From Candidatus Woesebacteria bacterium GW2011_GWA1_39_21 (GTDB taxonomy: Bacteria > Patescibacteriota > Microgenomatia > UBA8517), in assembly GCA_000993685.1 (NCBI GenBank), contig LBWP01000006.1:5356-69355 (forward strand): a stretch of DNA of 64,000 bases, written 5' to 3'. Shown piece by piece: positions 38,322 to 48,060 of this stretch. The position numbers and the translations under genes were made by a program. Within the stretch, counting starts at the first letter, position 1, and every line of letters begins with the position of its first letter. The notes beneath the pieces were generated by a model, which worked only from the letters and a program-made list of their open reading frames with translations, made no database searches and had not been told where the DNA came from.

Positions 38322-38711
38322 TTGATATCAAAGAGCATTTCAAACTATAATACGCACATGTCAAATAGTTTTACATATAAAGACAAAGACGTTGGGGTTG
38401 GCGACAGGGTGCATGTAATCCAAAAAGTATTCGAGTCCGGAAAAGAAAGAAGACAAATATTTATTGGAACCCTGATCAAGGTTAAGGGTGAATCTGAAAA
38501 CAGAACTGTCACTGTCAGAAGAATTGGAGAAAACAAAATCGGCATTGAAAAGATCTTCTCGGTTAACAATCCTTTTCTTGAGGATATTGTTGTTGCCCAC
38601 GAAGGCCACAAAGGTACGAGAAAAGCAAAGATCTACTACATCCGCCACAAATCCAAAAAAGAAATCGATAAAAGCTCCTCCCGCAACAAGAAAAAGGAAG
38701 CAAAGAAATAA
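38322..38711 (+). CDS. rplS: 50S ribosomal protein L19 with lysine-rich C-terminal tail
   Basis: GDRVHVIQKVFESGKERRQIFIGTLIKVKG...TVRRIGENKIGIEKIF matches L19. Confidence 0.85.
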   Translation: MISKSISNYNTHMSNSFTYKDKDVGVGDRVHVIQKVFESGKERRQIFIGTLIKVKGESENRTVTVRRIGENKIGIEKIFSVNNPFLEDIVVAHEGHKGTRKAKIYYIRHKSKKEIDKSSSRNKKKEAKK

Positions 38712-38785
38712 TTCCCAGGAACCTTACCCATTACACATCGTTTTTCCACTTTTAATGTTATTACTTTATAATAGGATATTTAAAG

Positions 38786-39142
38786 ATGAAAAAAAACTCC
38801 TCTGATAAAGGTAAGGTTGGTGAAAGCTACGCAAGCCTGCTTCTTAAAAAAAACGGTTATAAAATCGTAAACAAAAATTTCAGATCAAGATTTGGTGAAA
38901 TCGACATCGTTGCCGAAAAGGATGGTTACACATATTTCTGCGAGGTCAAAACACGTTGGGGAGTTTCTTTCGGACATCCAGAAGAAGCCGTTAACAAGCT
39001 GAAGTTAGATAAGATTAAAAAAACAATTGACTATTATTTGCAGCAAAAGAGTGGAAGTTATACATCCGCTAGGATTTTAGTCATCGCCCAAATAATCAAC
39101 AACGGTTCTTTAGCTTATCAAAAACTTATCATTGTTGATTAA
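38786..39142 (+). CDS. yraN: YraN/UPF0102 family endonuclease
   Basis: GEIDIVAEKDGYTYFCEVKTR motif. Confidence 0.75.
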   Translation: MKKNSSDKGKVGESYASLLLKKNGYKIVNKNFRSRFGEIDIVAEKDGYTYFCEVKTRWGVSFGHPEEAVNKLKLDKIKKTIDYYLQQKSGSYTSARILVIAQIINNGSLAYQKLIIVD

Positions 39143-39903
39143 TTAGACAGAAAACAAAAAAATGATCCAACGATTGTAGATTCTTTTATTGAGAAGGTGT
39201 CGTCAATAAAAACTGATGCGTTTCCACCATCCAAGTTGACCGCATCTGTTAAATCGATCGATCTTTTGCTTTTTAAAGCTTCCAAAATATTTTCAACCTG
39301 CGTATATTGGGGGCCACTCCCAAAATCATCATATTTAAAAATTGCAATCACATAAACCTCATTTGTCCTGGTTTTTCCCAAAATGATTCTCCGCCCGTAA
39401 TTTTTTAGATTTTCCGGTGTTTCATACGAGGAACGATAAATAAATATCGGACCTGCTTGCATTAAGAGTACTTTCCTTTTATCCAAGCCAGAGTCGGAAA
39501 TTTTTTGAATATCAATTTTCCCGGTGACATCAACACTAACCACGCCGTTTAAAAAGGTGGAACCTTTAATCTTCCCCAAGTATTTCCCATCCAAATAGAA
39601 CAATCCCAACGGCTTTCTCGCTTCGTCAAAAAGCCCACCGTTGACTAAAACCTGACATTGGTTTGCACCGATAATTTCACTTGATGTAAGTTGTGTTTCA
39701 AAATTAGCTATGACTTTCGCTTTGTAATCAGTTACGTTTCTGGTTACAACTACATAATCGCCAATTAAATATTTATCAAGGGTGTTTGTATTGCCTTGTT
39801 CCTGCGTTTCGTTAACAGATCTTTCATAAGTCTTATCTTTTTTCAGAAGATCTATCACACCAATTGTTAGAATTAAAAATAATACTAACAGCATCTTTTT
39901 CAT
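39139..39903 (-). CDS. phosphodiester glycosidase family protein (NAGPA-like), secreted/membrane-anchored
   Basis: VLVNGGLFDEARKPLGLFYLDGKYLGK...AGPIFI...VNLDGGNASVF; N-terminal TM or signal peptide. Confidence 0.65.
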   Translation of the reverse strand: MKKMLLVLFLILTIGVIDLLKKDKTYERSVNETQEQGNTNTLDKYLIGDYVVVTRNVTDYKAKVIANFETQLTSSEIIGANQCQVLVNGGLFDEARKPLGLFYLDGKYLGKIKGSTFLNGVVSVDVTGKIDIQKISDSGLDKRKVLLMQAGPIFIYRSSYETPENLKNYGRRIILGKTRTNEVYVIAIFKYDDFGSGPQYTQVENILEALKSKRSIDLTDAVNLDGGNASVFIDDTFSIKESTIVGSFFCFLSN

Positions 39904-40038
39904 AGCTACCTTTATAATACTACTTGCACACGTTGTCTCCCTTAGCTTATCATCAATTTATTGCTACCTTGCTTAAAACCACGGCATTTTTGCTTTGGAC
40001 ATAGCAAGTTTTCGCGGTTAACGAAGTTAATCGCAAGT

Positions 40039-40073
40039 GACAAAATACCAGGGGCTTTAGCCCGCAGTTTATT
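40039..40073 (+). repeat. partial third copy of the 102-nt dispersed repeat (3' portion)
   Basis: gacaaaataccaggggctttagcccgcagtttatt, compared with gacaaaataccatgggctttagcccgtggtagtttatt in copy 1. Confidence 0.45.
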
Positions 40074-40344
40074 CATCAGGATGCAACAAGTAAACGTCGT
40101 TGACAAACTAAGTTCGGGAAAGATATTTCTTATTATTTGGGTTATCTGTGTCGCGATTATGTATTTTTTATCTTCTAGACCTGGTAATCCTTTAATCTTT
40201 CCGGGCGACATTTACACGATAAAGGGAATGAATAAAATATACATTCCTTTAGGAAGTTCTCTCTATTTGGCGATAATTATATTTGTATTGTTGAAAATAT
40301 TTGTTAAGATATAGCGGTACCACATTTACAAAATTTACAAACAT

Positions 40345-40995
40345 ATGGTTACAAAAAAAGTGTCAGCAACAAAAACAGTTAGCAAAACCGCAAAAAAAGG
40401 CTTCGATAGATTTTTCAGCGGAAAAAGTCTTATAATTCTCGTTTTTTCAACGCTCTTACTTCTTATAGTTCCTTTAATCTGGTACATGAATAAAAGAATC
40501 TTTATCGCGAGGGTCAACGGTCAACCAATTTCTAGAATCGAGTTTTACAAGGAGCTTCAAAAGAGTAGCGGCGAAACAGTACTTAACGATCTGATTACAA
40601 AAAAGTTGATTTCTCAAGAAGCGGACAAACGCGGAATTAAAATATCAGAGGCGGATGTCCAAAATGAGCTTGGTAAAATCCGCTCCTCGATTGAATCTCA
40701 AGGTTCAACACTTGAGGACGTCTTAACCTACCAAGGCGTCACTAAAGCCCAGTTAGTTGAAAATATTCAGATTCAAAAAAAACTTGAGGGTATACTCAAA
40801 GAACAAATCACTGTTAGTGATAGCGATGTCAAAGACTATTACGATCAAAACAAAACTGCTTATCCGGCCACACAAACATTTGATCAATTGAAAGATCAAA
40901 TTCGTTCTGAACTCTACCAAAGCAAAATCCAGGAAGCTTACGCCAGCTGGATCGCAGAGGTGCGCGGTAAATCTCTAATTGAAAAATATTTATAA
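40345..40995 (+). CDS. membrane-anchored SurA N-terminal domain-like chaperone (no PPIase domain)
   Basis: N-terminal TM helix, then ARVNGQPISRIEFYKEL...DLITKKLISQEADKRGIKISEADV, a SurA_N/PpiD-like pattern. Confidence 0.5.
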   Translation: MVTKKVSATKTVSKTAKKGFDRFFSGKSLIILVFSTLLLLIVPLIWYMNKRIFIARVNGQPISRIEFYKELQKSSGETVLNDLITKKLISQEADKRGIKISEADVQNELGKIRSSIESQGSTLEDVLTYQGVTKAQLVENIQIQKKLEGILKEQITVSDSDVKDYYDQNKTAYPATQTFDQLKDQIRSELYQSKIQEAYASWIAEVRGKSLIEKYL

Positions 40996-41000
40996 TAATC

Positions 41001-41255
41001 ATGAGTTTTTTAAACGACTTTGCACTTGCAATACAAAACAACCCGATACTTTTGGTTATTTACTCTTTGTATACGCTTACCTTAAAAGGTTTTGCTCTTT
41101 GGAAGGCCGCAAAAAATTCCAATAAATATTGGTTCGTTGCAATTCTTATCATCAATCTCTTTGGAATTCCCGAGCTTCTTTATATCTTTATTTTTTCGAA
41201 AAGGAGTATTTCCTTCAGCTTTTTACATTCACAAAAGTCTAATTCGAAAAAATGA
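41001..41255 (+). CDS. hypothetical small membrane protein
   Basis: 84 aa, two predicted TM helices. Confidence 0.3.
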   Translation: MSFLNDFALAIQNNPILLVIYSLYTLTLKGFALWKAAKNSNKYWFVAILIINLFGIPELLYIFIFSKRSISFSFLHSQKSNSKK

Positions 41256-41755
41256 TTATCCTTGGCCTTGATCCTGGAACAGCTACAACAGGTTTTGGCT
41301 TAATTGAGATCAACGAAAAAAATTTTTCTGTAATTAATTTCGGAATAATCCAAACTGATAAAAACCATCACCAAGGAAGACGTCTTTCTGAAATTTATAA
41401 AACACTCTCGAAGCTGGTTAGTAATTACAAACCCGATGCGATCTCGATGGAGAAAATATTTTTTGCAACTAATGCCAAAACAGCAATTTCTGTTGGTCAG
41501 GCACAGGGAGTTATGATGCTTTGTGCCTATCGTTTCAACAAACAATTGTTTGAATATGCTCCAGGTACAATAAAAAAACAGATCTCCGGAAGCGGAAGGT
41601 CCGATAAAAAAATGATGCAAAAAGCTGTCAGAAAAATCTTAGGACCGAAAATTAAAAGCAAAAAAGGACAAAAAACGCACTTCGACGATGCTGCTGATGC
41701 CTTAGCAATAGCTCTATGTCACGCGGTCACAATTGGAGAAGTAACTCTGTTCTAG
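41252..41755 (+). CDS. ruvC: crossover junction endodeoxyribonuclease RuvC
   Basis: IILGLDPGTATTGFGLIE N-terminus; catalytic acidic residues conserved (FDDAADALAIA). Confidence 0.9.
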   Translation: MIILGLDPGTATTGFGLIEINEKNFSVINFGIIQTDKNHHQGRRLSEIYKTLSKLVSNYKPDAISMEKIFFATNAKTAISVGQAQGVMMLCAYRFNKQLFEYAPGTIKKQISGSGRSDKKMMQKAVRKILGPKIKSKKGQKTHFDDAADALAIALCHAVTIGEVTLF

Positions 41756-41813
41756 TATAATCAATTTTGCAAGAAAATAAGGTAAGCATTTTCAATAAAA
41801 TATAGCCAAGAAT

Positions 41814-42083
41814 TTGAGGGGGGTGATTAAAATGGATGGAGTGAAAGTTGGCATTGTAACGCACTACTACGAAAAAATTAAAGTTGCCATAATTTCTGTG
41901 GAATCTGACTTAAAAGTTGGAGATAAAATTAAATTTGTCAGAGGCGGTGAAGATTTATTCGAACAAATAATCGATTCGATGCAGGTTGAACACAAAAACA
42001 TTGATCCAGCGATAAAAGGAAATGTGATAGGATTAAAAGTCGAGAATGAAGTTAAAGAAGGCGCTGAAGTTTATAGGGTTTAA
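41814..42083 (+). CDS. hypothetical small beta-barrel protein
   Basis: 89 aa; weak resemblance to translation-factor domain-2-like barrels (VGDKIKFVRGGEDLFEQIIDSMQVEHKNI). Confidence 0.3.
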   Translation: MRGVIKMDGVKVGIVTHYYEKIKVAIISVESDLKVGDKIKFVRGGEDLFEQIIDSMQVEHKNIDPAIKGNVIGLKVENEVKEGAEVYRV

Positions 42084-42513
42084 GAACTCTACTAAAAAAA
42101 GAAAAAAACGAAGGAAATCCTCCAGTGCGGTGGTTTGGGAAAAAGCAAAAGATATCCAAACACGGATCGCTCATTTAATCCGCTTATCACACCTTCCATT
42201 TGCACCCGAAAAAATCAGTTGCATGCGCTCGTACAATTCAAAATCAAGAGCCTATGCGAGGATTTGGGGTCTATCAAAAGTTTGGCAGTTATCTCTAAAT
42301 TTAAAGCCATCTTACGTTATCGAAGTTCTTTCGGAAAAATTCGATGGTTTACCTAATGATAAAAAGGATGAAGTACTCTTACACGAACTTGCTCATATCC
42401 CGAATAACTTTTCAGGGAGTTTGCTGCCACATATCAGACACGGAAAAAGAAGCTTTAGTAAAAAAGTAGACAGGCTTGTTCAGTCTGTAAAATTAAATTT
42501 AAAAAAACTATAG
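42046..42513 (+). CDS. putative HExxH zinc metallohydrolase (YgjP/DUF45- or SprT-like) with basic N-terminal tail
   Basis: HELAHIPNNFSG resembles the YgjP HELCHLxExNHS motif. N-terminus KKRKKRRK suggests nucleic-acid affinity. Overlaps the upstream ORF by 38 nt, so the start is uncertain. Confidence 0.4.
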   Translation: MKLKKALKFIGFKNSTKKRKKRRKSSSAVVWEKAKDIQTRIAHLIRLSHLPFAPEKISCMRSYNSKSRAYARIWGLSKVWQLSLNLKPSYVIEVLSEKFDGLPNDKKDEVLLHELAHIPNNFSGSLLPHIRHGKRSFSKKVDRLVQSVKLNLKKL

Positions 42514-42523
42514 AGGCGAATTT

Positions 42524-43189
42524 ATGAATATTTATCTAATTCATGGAGACAATACCCTGCGTTCCTACGAGCGCCTCCAAGAATATATCCAATGGGGTAA
42601 AAAAAAGTTTTGGGACATTGTAAAAATTGATGCGAAGGATCAAAACACAATCAGCATCCTGCGGTCAGAAAATCTTTTTATGCAGAAAAGAATGGTTGTT
42701 ATCGACAACTATACCCAAATCAATGCAGAAGCCGTAAAATTTATCAACCAAAGTGATCTTGATATCGAACTTATTATCTACCATAAAAGCCAGATACCAA
42801 AAACATTTATTAAAAAGCTCAAAAGCGTTAAAAAGGATGAAGAGTACAAACTTTCGAAGTTTTTGTGGAAATTTATCGACAGTTTTTATCCGGGAAACGC
42901 AAAAGCGTGTCTGACCTTACTTGACGTAACAGTCAAAAGTGACCCAATTGAGTTAGTTTTTTCAATTCTTGTAGGACAACTAAGAGATATTTTCCTAGTA
43001 GTCAAAAAACAACTACTGTCATATCCGCCTTGGAGAATGGCAAAGCTAAAAGAGCATGCCGAGAAATTTGGAAAAAATGGAATTGGAAAAACGATCGACG
43101 CCCTAGCTGAAATTGATTTAAAGATAAAAACAAGTGATTCGAACCTCAAAGACGAGCTTGATTTATTTATCGCAACAAAGTTAGAATGA
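42524..43189 (+). CDS. possible DNA polymerase III delta subunit (HolA-like), short form
   Basis: MNIYLIHGDNTL...LFMQKRMVVIDN resembles the HolA N-terminal pattern; only 221 aa. Confidence 0.35.
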   Translation: MNIYLIHGDNTLRSYERLQEYIQWGKKKFWDIVKIDAKDQNTISILRSENLFMQKRMVVIDNYTQINAEAVKFINQSDLDIELIIYHKSQIPKTFIKKLKSVKKDEEYKLSKFLWKFIDSFYPGNAKACLTLLDVTVKSDPIELVFSILVGQLRDIFLVVKKQLLSYPPWRMAKLKEHAEKFGKNGIGKTIDALAEIDLKIKTSDSNLKDELDLFIATKLE

Positions 43190-43198
43190 AGGACTGAT

Positions 43199-44629
43199 AT
43201 GCCGGAATATACAGATCCTCATTTTACAGATAATATCTTCAGGGGTTATGACATAAGAGGAAAATATCCAGATGAATTAAACGAGGCTGGTGCATATACG
43301 ATCGGTCGTGCTTACTCAACCTTTTTGTCGCGAAGAAGAATTAATGAATGTGTAATTTCTGGCGATAACCGTATTACAACTCCAAATATTAAGAGGGCGA
43401 TAATTGATGGTCTTTTGGATTCCGGTATTAATGTAATTGATTTAGGTTTGGGTCTGGTTTATTTTATGTATTTCGGACAATATTATTTCCAATCAAAGGG
43501 TGGGGTAAATGTAAGCGCTTCTCATAACCCCAAAGAATATAACGGGTTCAAACTTGCTGTAGGTTTTTCAGACACAATGATAACAGAAGAGATTGTTGAA
43601 CTAAGAGAAATAGCAAAAAAAGGTAAATTTACTACTCCAAACGAAAAAGGTGAATATAGAGAAGAAGAAATATTTTCGCATTACAAAAATGATTTATTTA
43701 AAAAAATGCCGGATAAACTAAGTTTTAGAGTTGTCGTTGATGGCGGTAATTGCACCCCCGGAAAATTTATGCCTGATATTTTAAGAGAGGCTGGTTGTGA
43801 AGTTATTGAACAAAATACTGAGCTTGACGGTAATTTTCCATTAGGAACACCGGATCCTACCGAGCGGGAGTATCTTCAAAGGTTGGCCGATGGGGTTGTA
43901 AAAAACAAAGCTGATATAGGTTTTTGTTACGACCCTGACGGTGACAGAATAGGGATTGTAGACAATGAAGGTAATATGATTTGGAATGATGTTTTGGTTT
44001 CAATTTTTGCTTCAGATCTTTTAGATTTCCAACCCAAAGCCAAAATCGTCTTTAATACATTATGTTCAAAACAAGTTACCGATGTAATAAAAGAACGAGG
44101 AGGTGTTCCAGTCATTTGGTTAACCGGACATTCTTTTATCAAAGCAAAGGTTAAGGAAGAAAGAGCTTTGTTTGGTGGTGAATTATCGGGGCATTTTTTC
44201 TTTATGGATAATTTTTATGGGCATGATGATTGTGCTTTTGCTAGTTTAAGGTTGTTGAATTATTTGAAAAGAGTCCGAAAAAGCTTAAAGCAAGTTATAT
44301 CTGAATTACCGAAATATTATTCAAGTCCAGAGATAAAACTAGGTTTAGCAGATAATATAAAATTTGATTTTGTAAAAGATATTTTTGGGAAGGAACTTAA
44401 AGACATGTTTAAGGATGCAAAGTTTATAGAAATTGACGGCGTTCGTGCTGATACTGATACCGAAATGGTGATAATAAGAGCAAGTCAAAACGGCCCGTAT
44501 GTGACAATCAAATTCGAGGGAAAAACGGAAGATCAATACAATCAACTTAAATCAAAATTAAAAGTCATGTTGAAAAGTCATCGTGAAGTCGATTGGACAT
44601 ATGGAGTTAATACTGATGCATTTGATTAA
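43199..44629 (+). CDS. phosphohexomutase (phosphoglucomutase/phosphomannomutase or GlmM-type)
   Basis: Active-site loop NVSASHNPKEYNGFK; 476 aa, four-domain architecture. Confidence 0.85.
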   Translation: MPEYTDPHFTDNIFRGYDIRGKYPDELNEAGAYTIGRAYSTFLSRRRINECVISGDNRITTPNIKRAIIDGLLDSGINVIDLGLGLVYFMYFGQYYFQSKGGVNVSASHNPKEYNGFKLAVGFSDTMITEEIVELREIAKKGKFTTPNEKGEYREEEIFSHYKNDLFKKMPDKLSFRVVVDGGNCTPGKFMPDILREAGCEVIEQNTELDGNFPLGTPDPTEREYLQRLADGVVKNKADIGFCYDPDGDRIGIVDNEGNMIWNDVLVSIFASDLLDFQPKAKIVFNTLCSKQVTDVIKERGGVPVIWLTGHSFIKAKVKEERALFGGELSGHFFFMDNFYGHDDCAFASLRLLNYLKRVRKSLKQVISELPKYYSSPEIKLGLADNIKFDFVKDIFGKELKDMFKDAKFIEIDGVRADTDTEMVIIRASQNGPYVTIKFEGKTEDQYNQLKSKLKVMLKSHREVDWTYGVNTDAFD

Positions 44630-44638
44630 TTTGATTTT

Positions 44639-45709
44639 ATGAATCAATTACAATTATTAGATAAAATTAAAAAGCTTGACAAACAAAATGTTTATGCCTC
44701 GGTTCTTGCACTTCCGGATCAGTGTCTTCATGCCTGGAATGAGGCTAATCAGGTAAAAATTCCGCATGATTATAAAAACGTTGAGAATGTTGTCATGTGC
44801 GGAATGGGCGGGTCAGGTTTAGGCGCAAGGGTTATTGAGTCTCTTTACTTTTCTAAACTTTCAAAACCATTAACTCGGGTAAATGATTACCACCTTCCGC
44901 TATTTGTAAATGAGAAATCACTCGTCTTTATTTCAAGTTATTCAGGGAATACAGAAGAAACTGTACAAAATATTAATGAGGCGTTGGAACGGAAAGCTAA
45001 AATATTAGTCATTGGTTCCGGCGGAAAACTAATCGAGAAAGCAAAAGAAAATAATTTACCGTACTACCAGATAGTACCCACTTACAACCCCTCAAATCAA
45101 CCCAGAATGGCCATCGGCTACTCAATCATAGGTCAGCTGGTCTTCGCAATGAAGGCGGGGCTTTTGGAGATTAAAAAAGAAGATGTTGATAAATCAGTCA
45201 GTATTATGAAAAAGATTTTTGATGTTAATGATATTGATAAAGATGAAACCCCCGATTCATTAAAAATTGCAAACTCGATGAAGGGGAAAATAATTTTGTA
45301 CGTTTCTTCCGAACACTTGGTCGGTGCCACGCATGTTGTCAATAACCAGCAAAACGAAAACGCGAAGAATCTTTCTTTTGATTTTGCAATACCCGAGCTT
45401 AACCATCACCTGATGGAAGGGCTCAAACACCCGGCGACAAACAATAAAAACATTTTATTTTTCTTTATTAATTCCGAATTGTATTCATCGCGCGTTCGAC
45501 AAAGATTTGAGATTACCACCGACGTTGTCGGCCAAAATAATATTCCTAGCGTTTCCTACAAAGTAAATTCAGACGACAAATTTTCTCAAGTTTTTGAGCT
45601 CATCCAGTTTGGGGCGTTTTTAAATTTCTATCTCACCATGCTTAATGGAATTAATCCCGCTCCTATTCCATGGGTTGATTATTTTAAGGAAAAACTTGGC
45701 AATATTTAG
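44639..45709 (+). CDS. bifunctional phosphoglucose/phosphomannose isomerase (archaeal-type PGI/PMI, SIS domain)
   Basis: Family signature SYSGNTEET and SIS motif VVMCGMGGSGLGARV. Confidence 0.8.
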   Translation: MNQLQLLDKIKKLDKQNVYASVLALPDQCLHAWNEANQVKIPHDYKNVENVVMCGMGGSGLGARVIESLYFSKLSKPLTRVNDYHLPLFVNEKSLVFISSYSGNTEETVQNINEALERKAKILVIGSGGKLIEKAKENNLPYYQIVPTYNPSNQPRMAIGYSIIGQLVFAMKAGLLEIKKEDVDKSVSIMKKIFDVNDIDKDETPDSLKIANSMKGKIILYVSSEHLVGATHVVNNQQNENAKNLSFDFAIPELNHHLMEGLKHPATNNKNILFFFINSELYSSRVRQRFEITTDVVGQNNIPSVSYKVNSDDKFSQVFELIQFGAFLNFYLTMLNGINPAPIPWVDYFKEKLGNI

Positions 45710-45761
45710 AGTGTTTTTAATTGTTGACCAAACGTAATTTTGCCTCTACGATTATAAATTA

Positions 45762-48059
45762 ATGACTAATTCTGCCCAGAATTACAATCTCTTCTTAAAA
45801 GACATCAACAAAGACGATATTTCACTTGTCGGAGGCAAAGGAGCAAACCTTGGTGAGATGATTAACGCAGGCTTCCCGGTTCCAAATGGATTTGCAGTAA
45901 CAACACTTTCGTATGATGAATTTTTAAAGGAAAATGATCTGTTTTCCAAAATAAATGATGATATTAAAAACGTAAATGTCGACGTTTCGGATGAGCTCGA
46001 CAGTGTTTCCAAAAAAATACAAAAAACCATTTTACAAGGCGAGATTCCGCATGAAGTTGCTGTAGATATTGTTAAATTTTATAAAAAACTGTCGGGTCCT
46101 TTTTCACAAGCACTTGTTGCCGTCCGCTCTTCTGCAACAGCGGAAGACTTGCCCGGAATGTCATTTGCCGGTCAGCAGGCAACATTCTTAAATGTCAAAG
46201 GGCAGAACAATCTGATCACAGCCGTGCGTGAGTGCTGGGCATCGCTTTTTACTCCACGGGCAATTTTCTATAGACATCAAAACAAAATTCCCACCGGTAA
46301 GGTAAAGATCTCTGTTATTGTTCAGAAAATGGTCGAGTCGGAAGTATCGGGTGTGATGTTTTCGATAAATCCTGTTACCAATGAGAAAGACAAAATTGTG
46401 ATTGAAGCGGTTTGGGGACTCGGCGAAATGATCGTCCAGGGTTCGGTTGTGCCTGATACATACCTCGTCCAGAAAGAAACATTTGCAATTCTTTCTAAAG
46501 AAGTTTCTGACCAAAAAGTAATGCTAAGTCGAAAGAAAGGCGAGAATATAGAAACCGAAGTACCGAAAAAACTTATTGACCTACAAAAAATTAAAGATGA
46601 GGATATCATTAAACTAGCAAAAATTTCGGATGCGCTTCAGAAACATTACTATTTTCCACAAGATTCAGAATGGGCATTAGAAAAAGGAAAGCTCTATATT
46701 GTTCAGACCCGACCGGTTACTACAATTGAAGACGTCCAGAAACAAAAGGCGAAGGCTTCTTCTGGAGTCAAAGATGAAAACCAACTCGATACTCCGATAT
46801 TATCCGGTGCTTCCGCAAGCCCAGGCATTGGAACGGGAACTGTCAAAATTCTCAAGAGTCCTAAAGAAATTGTCAAGATTAAATCCGGCGATATCCTTGT
46901 TGCTAAAATGACTTCACCCGACTATGTTCCTGCAATGAAAAAGGCAGTTGCTATTGTTACTGACGAAGGTGGACTTACATCGCATGCGGCAATTGTATCA
47001 AGAGAGTTGGGAATTCCATGTGTTGTCGGCACTAAGAATGCGACCAAAATCCTAAAAGAAAACCAAATTCTCACGGTCGATGGGAGTAAAGGTTTAGTTT
47101 TTCTTGGTGGTAAGGTAAAAACATCTTCCACACTTAAAAAAGCTGAACCTCTTGTTAATATCAAGACTAAGACGGCAACAAAGTTGTATGTGAACCTCGC
47201 AGAACCCGAACGCGCAAAGGAAGTTTCAAAAATGAATGTCAACGGCGTTGGACTTCTCCGCGCTGAGTTTATGGTTGCCAACATTGGAATACACCCGAAG
47301 GAAGCAATTCAACAAAAGAAGCAGGATGTCTTTATCGAAAAGCTTGAAGCCGGCCTCGAGGAGTTTACAAAGGCGTTTGACCCCCGTCCTGTTGTCTACC
47401 GTGCGACAGATTTCAAAACAAACGAATATCGAAGTCTCCCCGGTGGTGATAAATGGGAACCTAACGAAGCCAATCCGATGCTTGGATTCCGAGGTGCATA
47501 CCGATATATCTCACATCCCGAAGTTTTTAATTTAGAATTACAAGCAATTAAAAACGTCAGGAAAAAACATAAAAATCTCTGGATGATGATACCCTTTGTA
47601 CGCTCTCCAGAAGAACTTAAACGCGTGCGAAGATTGGTCGCCACTGAAGGACTTTTTGAAGATCCTACATTCAAATTTTGGATGATGGTTGAAATTCCGA
47701 TTAATGTAATTTTGATTGACGAATTTATAAAAATCGGCATTGACGGAGTTTCAATCGGATCCAACGATTTAACAATGCTGATTACAGGAACCGATCGCGA
47801 TAACGCCGAAGTTGCAAATGAATTTAACGAGCGCTCTCCCGCTGTTATGTGGGCACTACGCCGTGTTATTCGACACTGTAACAAGGCCGGCGTGACTTCT
47901 TCGATCTGTGGCCAAGCTCCATCAACTTACGATGATTTTGCAAGAAAACTCGTACGTTACGGAGTAACAAGTATGTCTGTCAATCCCGACGCGGTTGATA
48001 GAGTCAGAGGAGTAATAAAACTTGCAGAACAGGAGCTAGTTCGTGATAGAATAAAATAA
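45762..48059 (+). CDS. ppsA: phosphoenolpyruvate synthase (pyruvate, water dikinase)
   Basis: N-terminal ATP-grasp VGGKGANLGEM; phospho-histidine domain GGLTSHAAIVSRELGIPCVVG; C-terminal PEP-utilizing TIM barrel. 765 aa fits PpsA better than PPDK. Confidence 0.8.
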   Translation: MTNSAQNYNLFLKDINKDDISLVGGKGANLGEMINAGFPVPNGFAVTTLSYDEFLKENDLFSKINDDIKNVNVDVSDELDSVSKKIQKTILQGEIPHEVAVDIVKFYKKLSGPFSQALVAVRSSATAEDLPGMSFAGQQATFLNVKGQNNLITAVRECWASLFTPRAIFYRHQNKIPTGKVKISVIVQKMVESEVSGVMFSINPVTNEKDKIVIEAVWGLGEMIVQGSVVPDTYLVQKETFAILSKEVSDQKVMLSRKKGENIETEVPKKLIDLQKIKDEDIIKLAKISDALQKHYYFPQDSEWALEKGKLYIVQTRPVTTIEDVQKQKAKASSGVKDENQLDTPILSGASASPGIGTGTVKILKSPKEIVKIKSGDILVAKMTSPDYVPAMKKAVAIVTDEGGLTSHAAIVSRELGIPCVVGTKNATKILKENQILTVDGSKGLVFLGGKVKTSSTLKKAEPLVNIKTKTATKLYVNLAEPERAKEVSKMNVNGVGLLRAEFMVANIGIHPKEAIQQKKQDVFIEKLEAGLEEFTKAFDPRPVVYRATDFKTNEYRSLPGGDKWEPNEANPMLGFRGAYRYISHPEVFNLELQAIKNVRKKHKNLWMMIPFVRSPEELKRVRRLVATEGLFEDPTFKFWMMVEIPINVILIDEFIKIGIDGVSIGSNDLTMLITGTDRDNAEVANEFNERSPAVMWALRRVIRHCNKAGVTSSICGQAPSTYDDFARKLVRYGVTSMSVNPDAVDRVRGVIKLAEQELVRDRIK

Positions 48060-48060
48060 T

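Noticed and set aside
38640-38711. The lysine-rich repetitive 3' end of rplS as a tandem repeat or frameshift artefact.
   Set aside because: It stays in frame. Basic C-terminal tails on ribosomal proteins are common in reduced genomes, so I did not treat it as anomalous.
39961-40314. 117-aa plus-strand ORF and 89-aa minus-strand ORF in the 39.9-40.3 kb intergenic region.
   Set aside because: They are low-complexity, overlap each other and the partial repeat, and have no start context or motifs. The region is more likely non-coding; see the finding on it.
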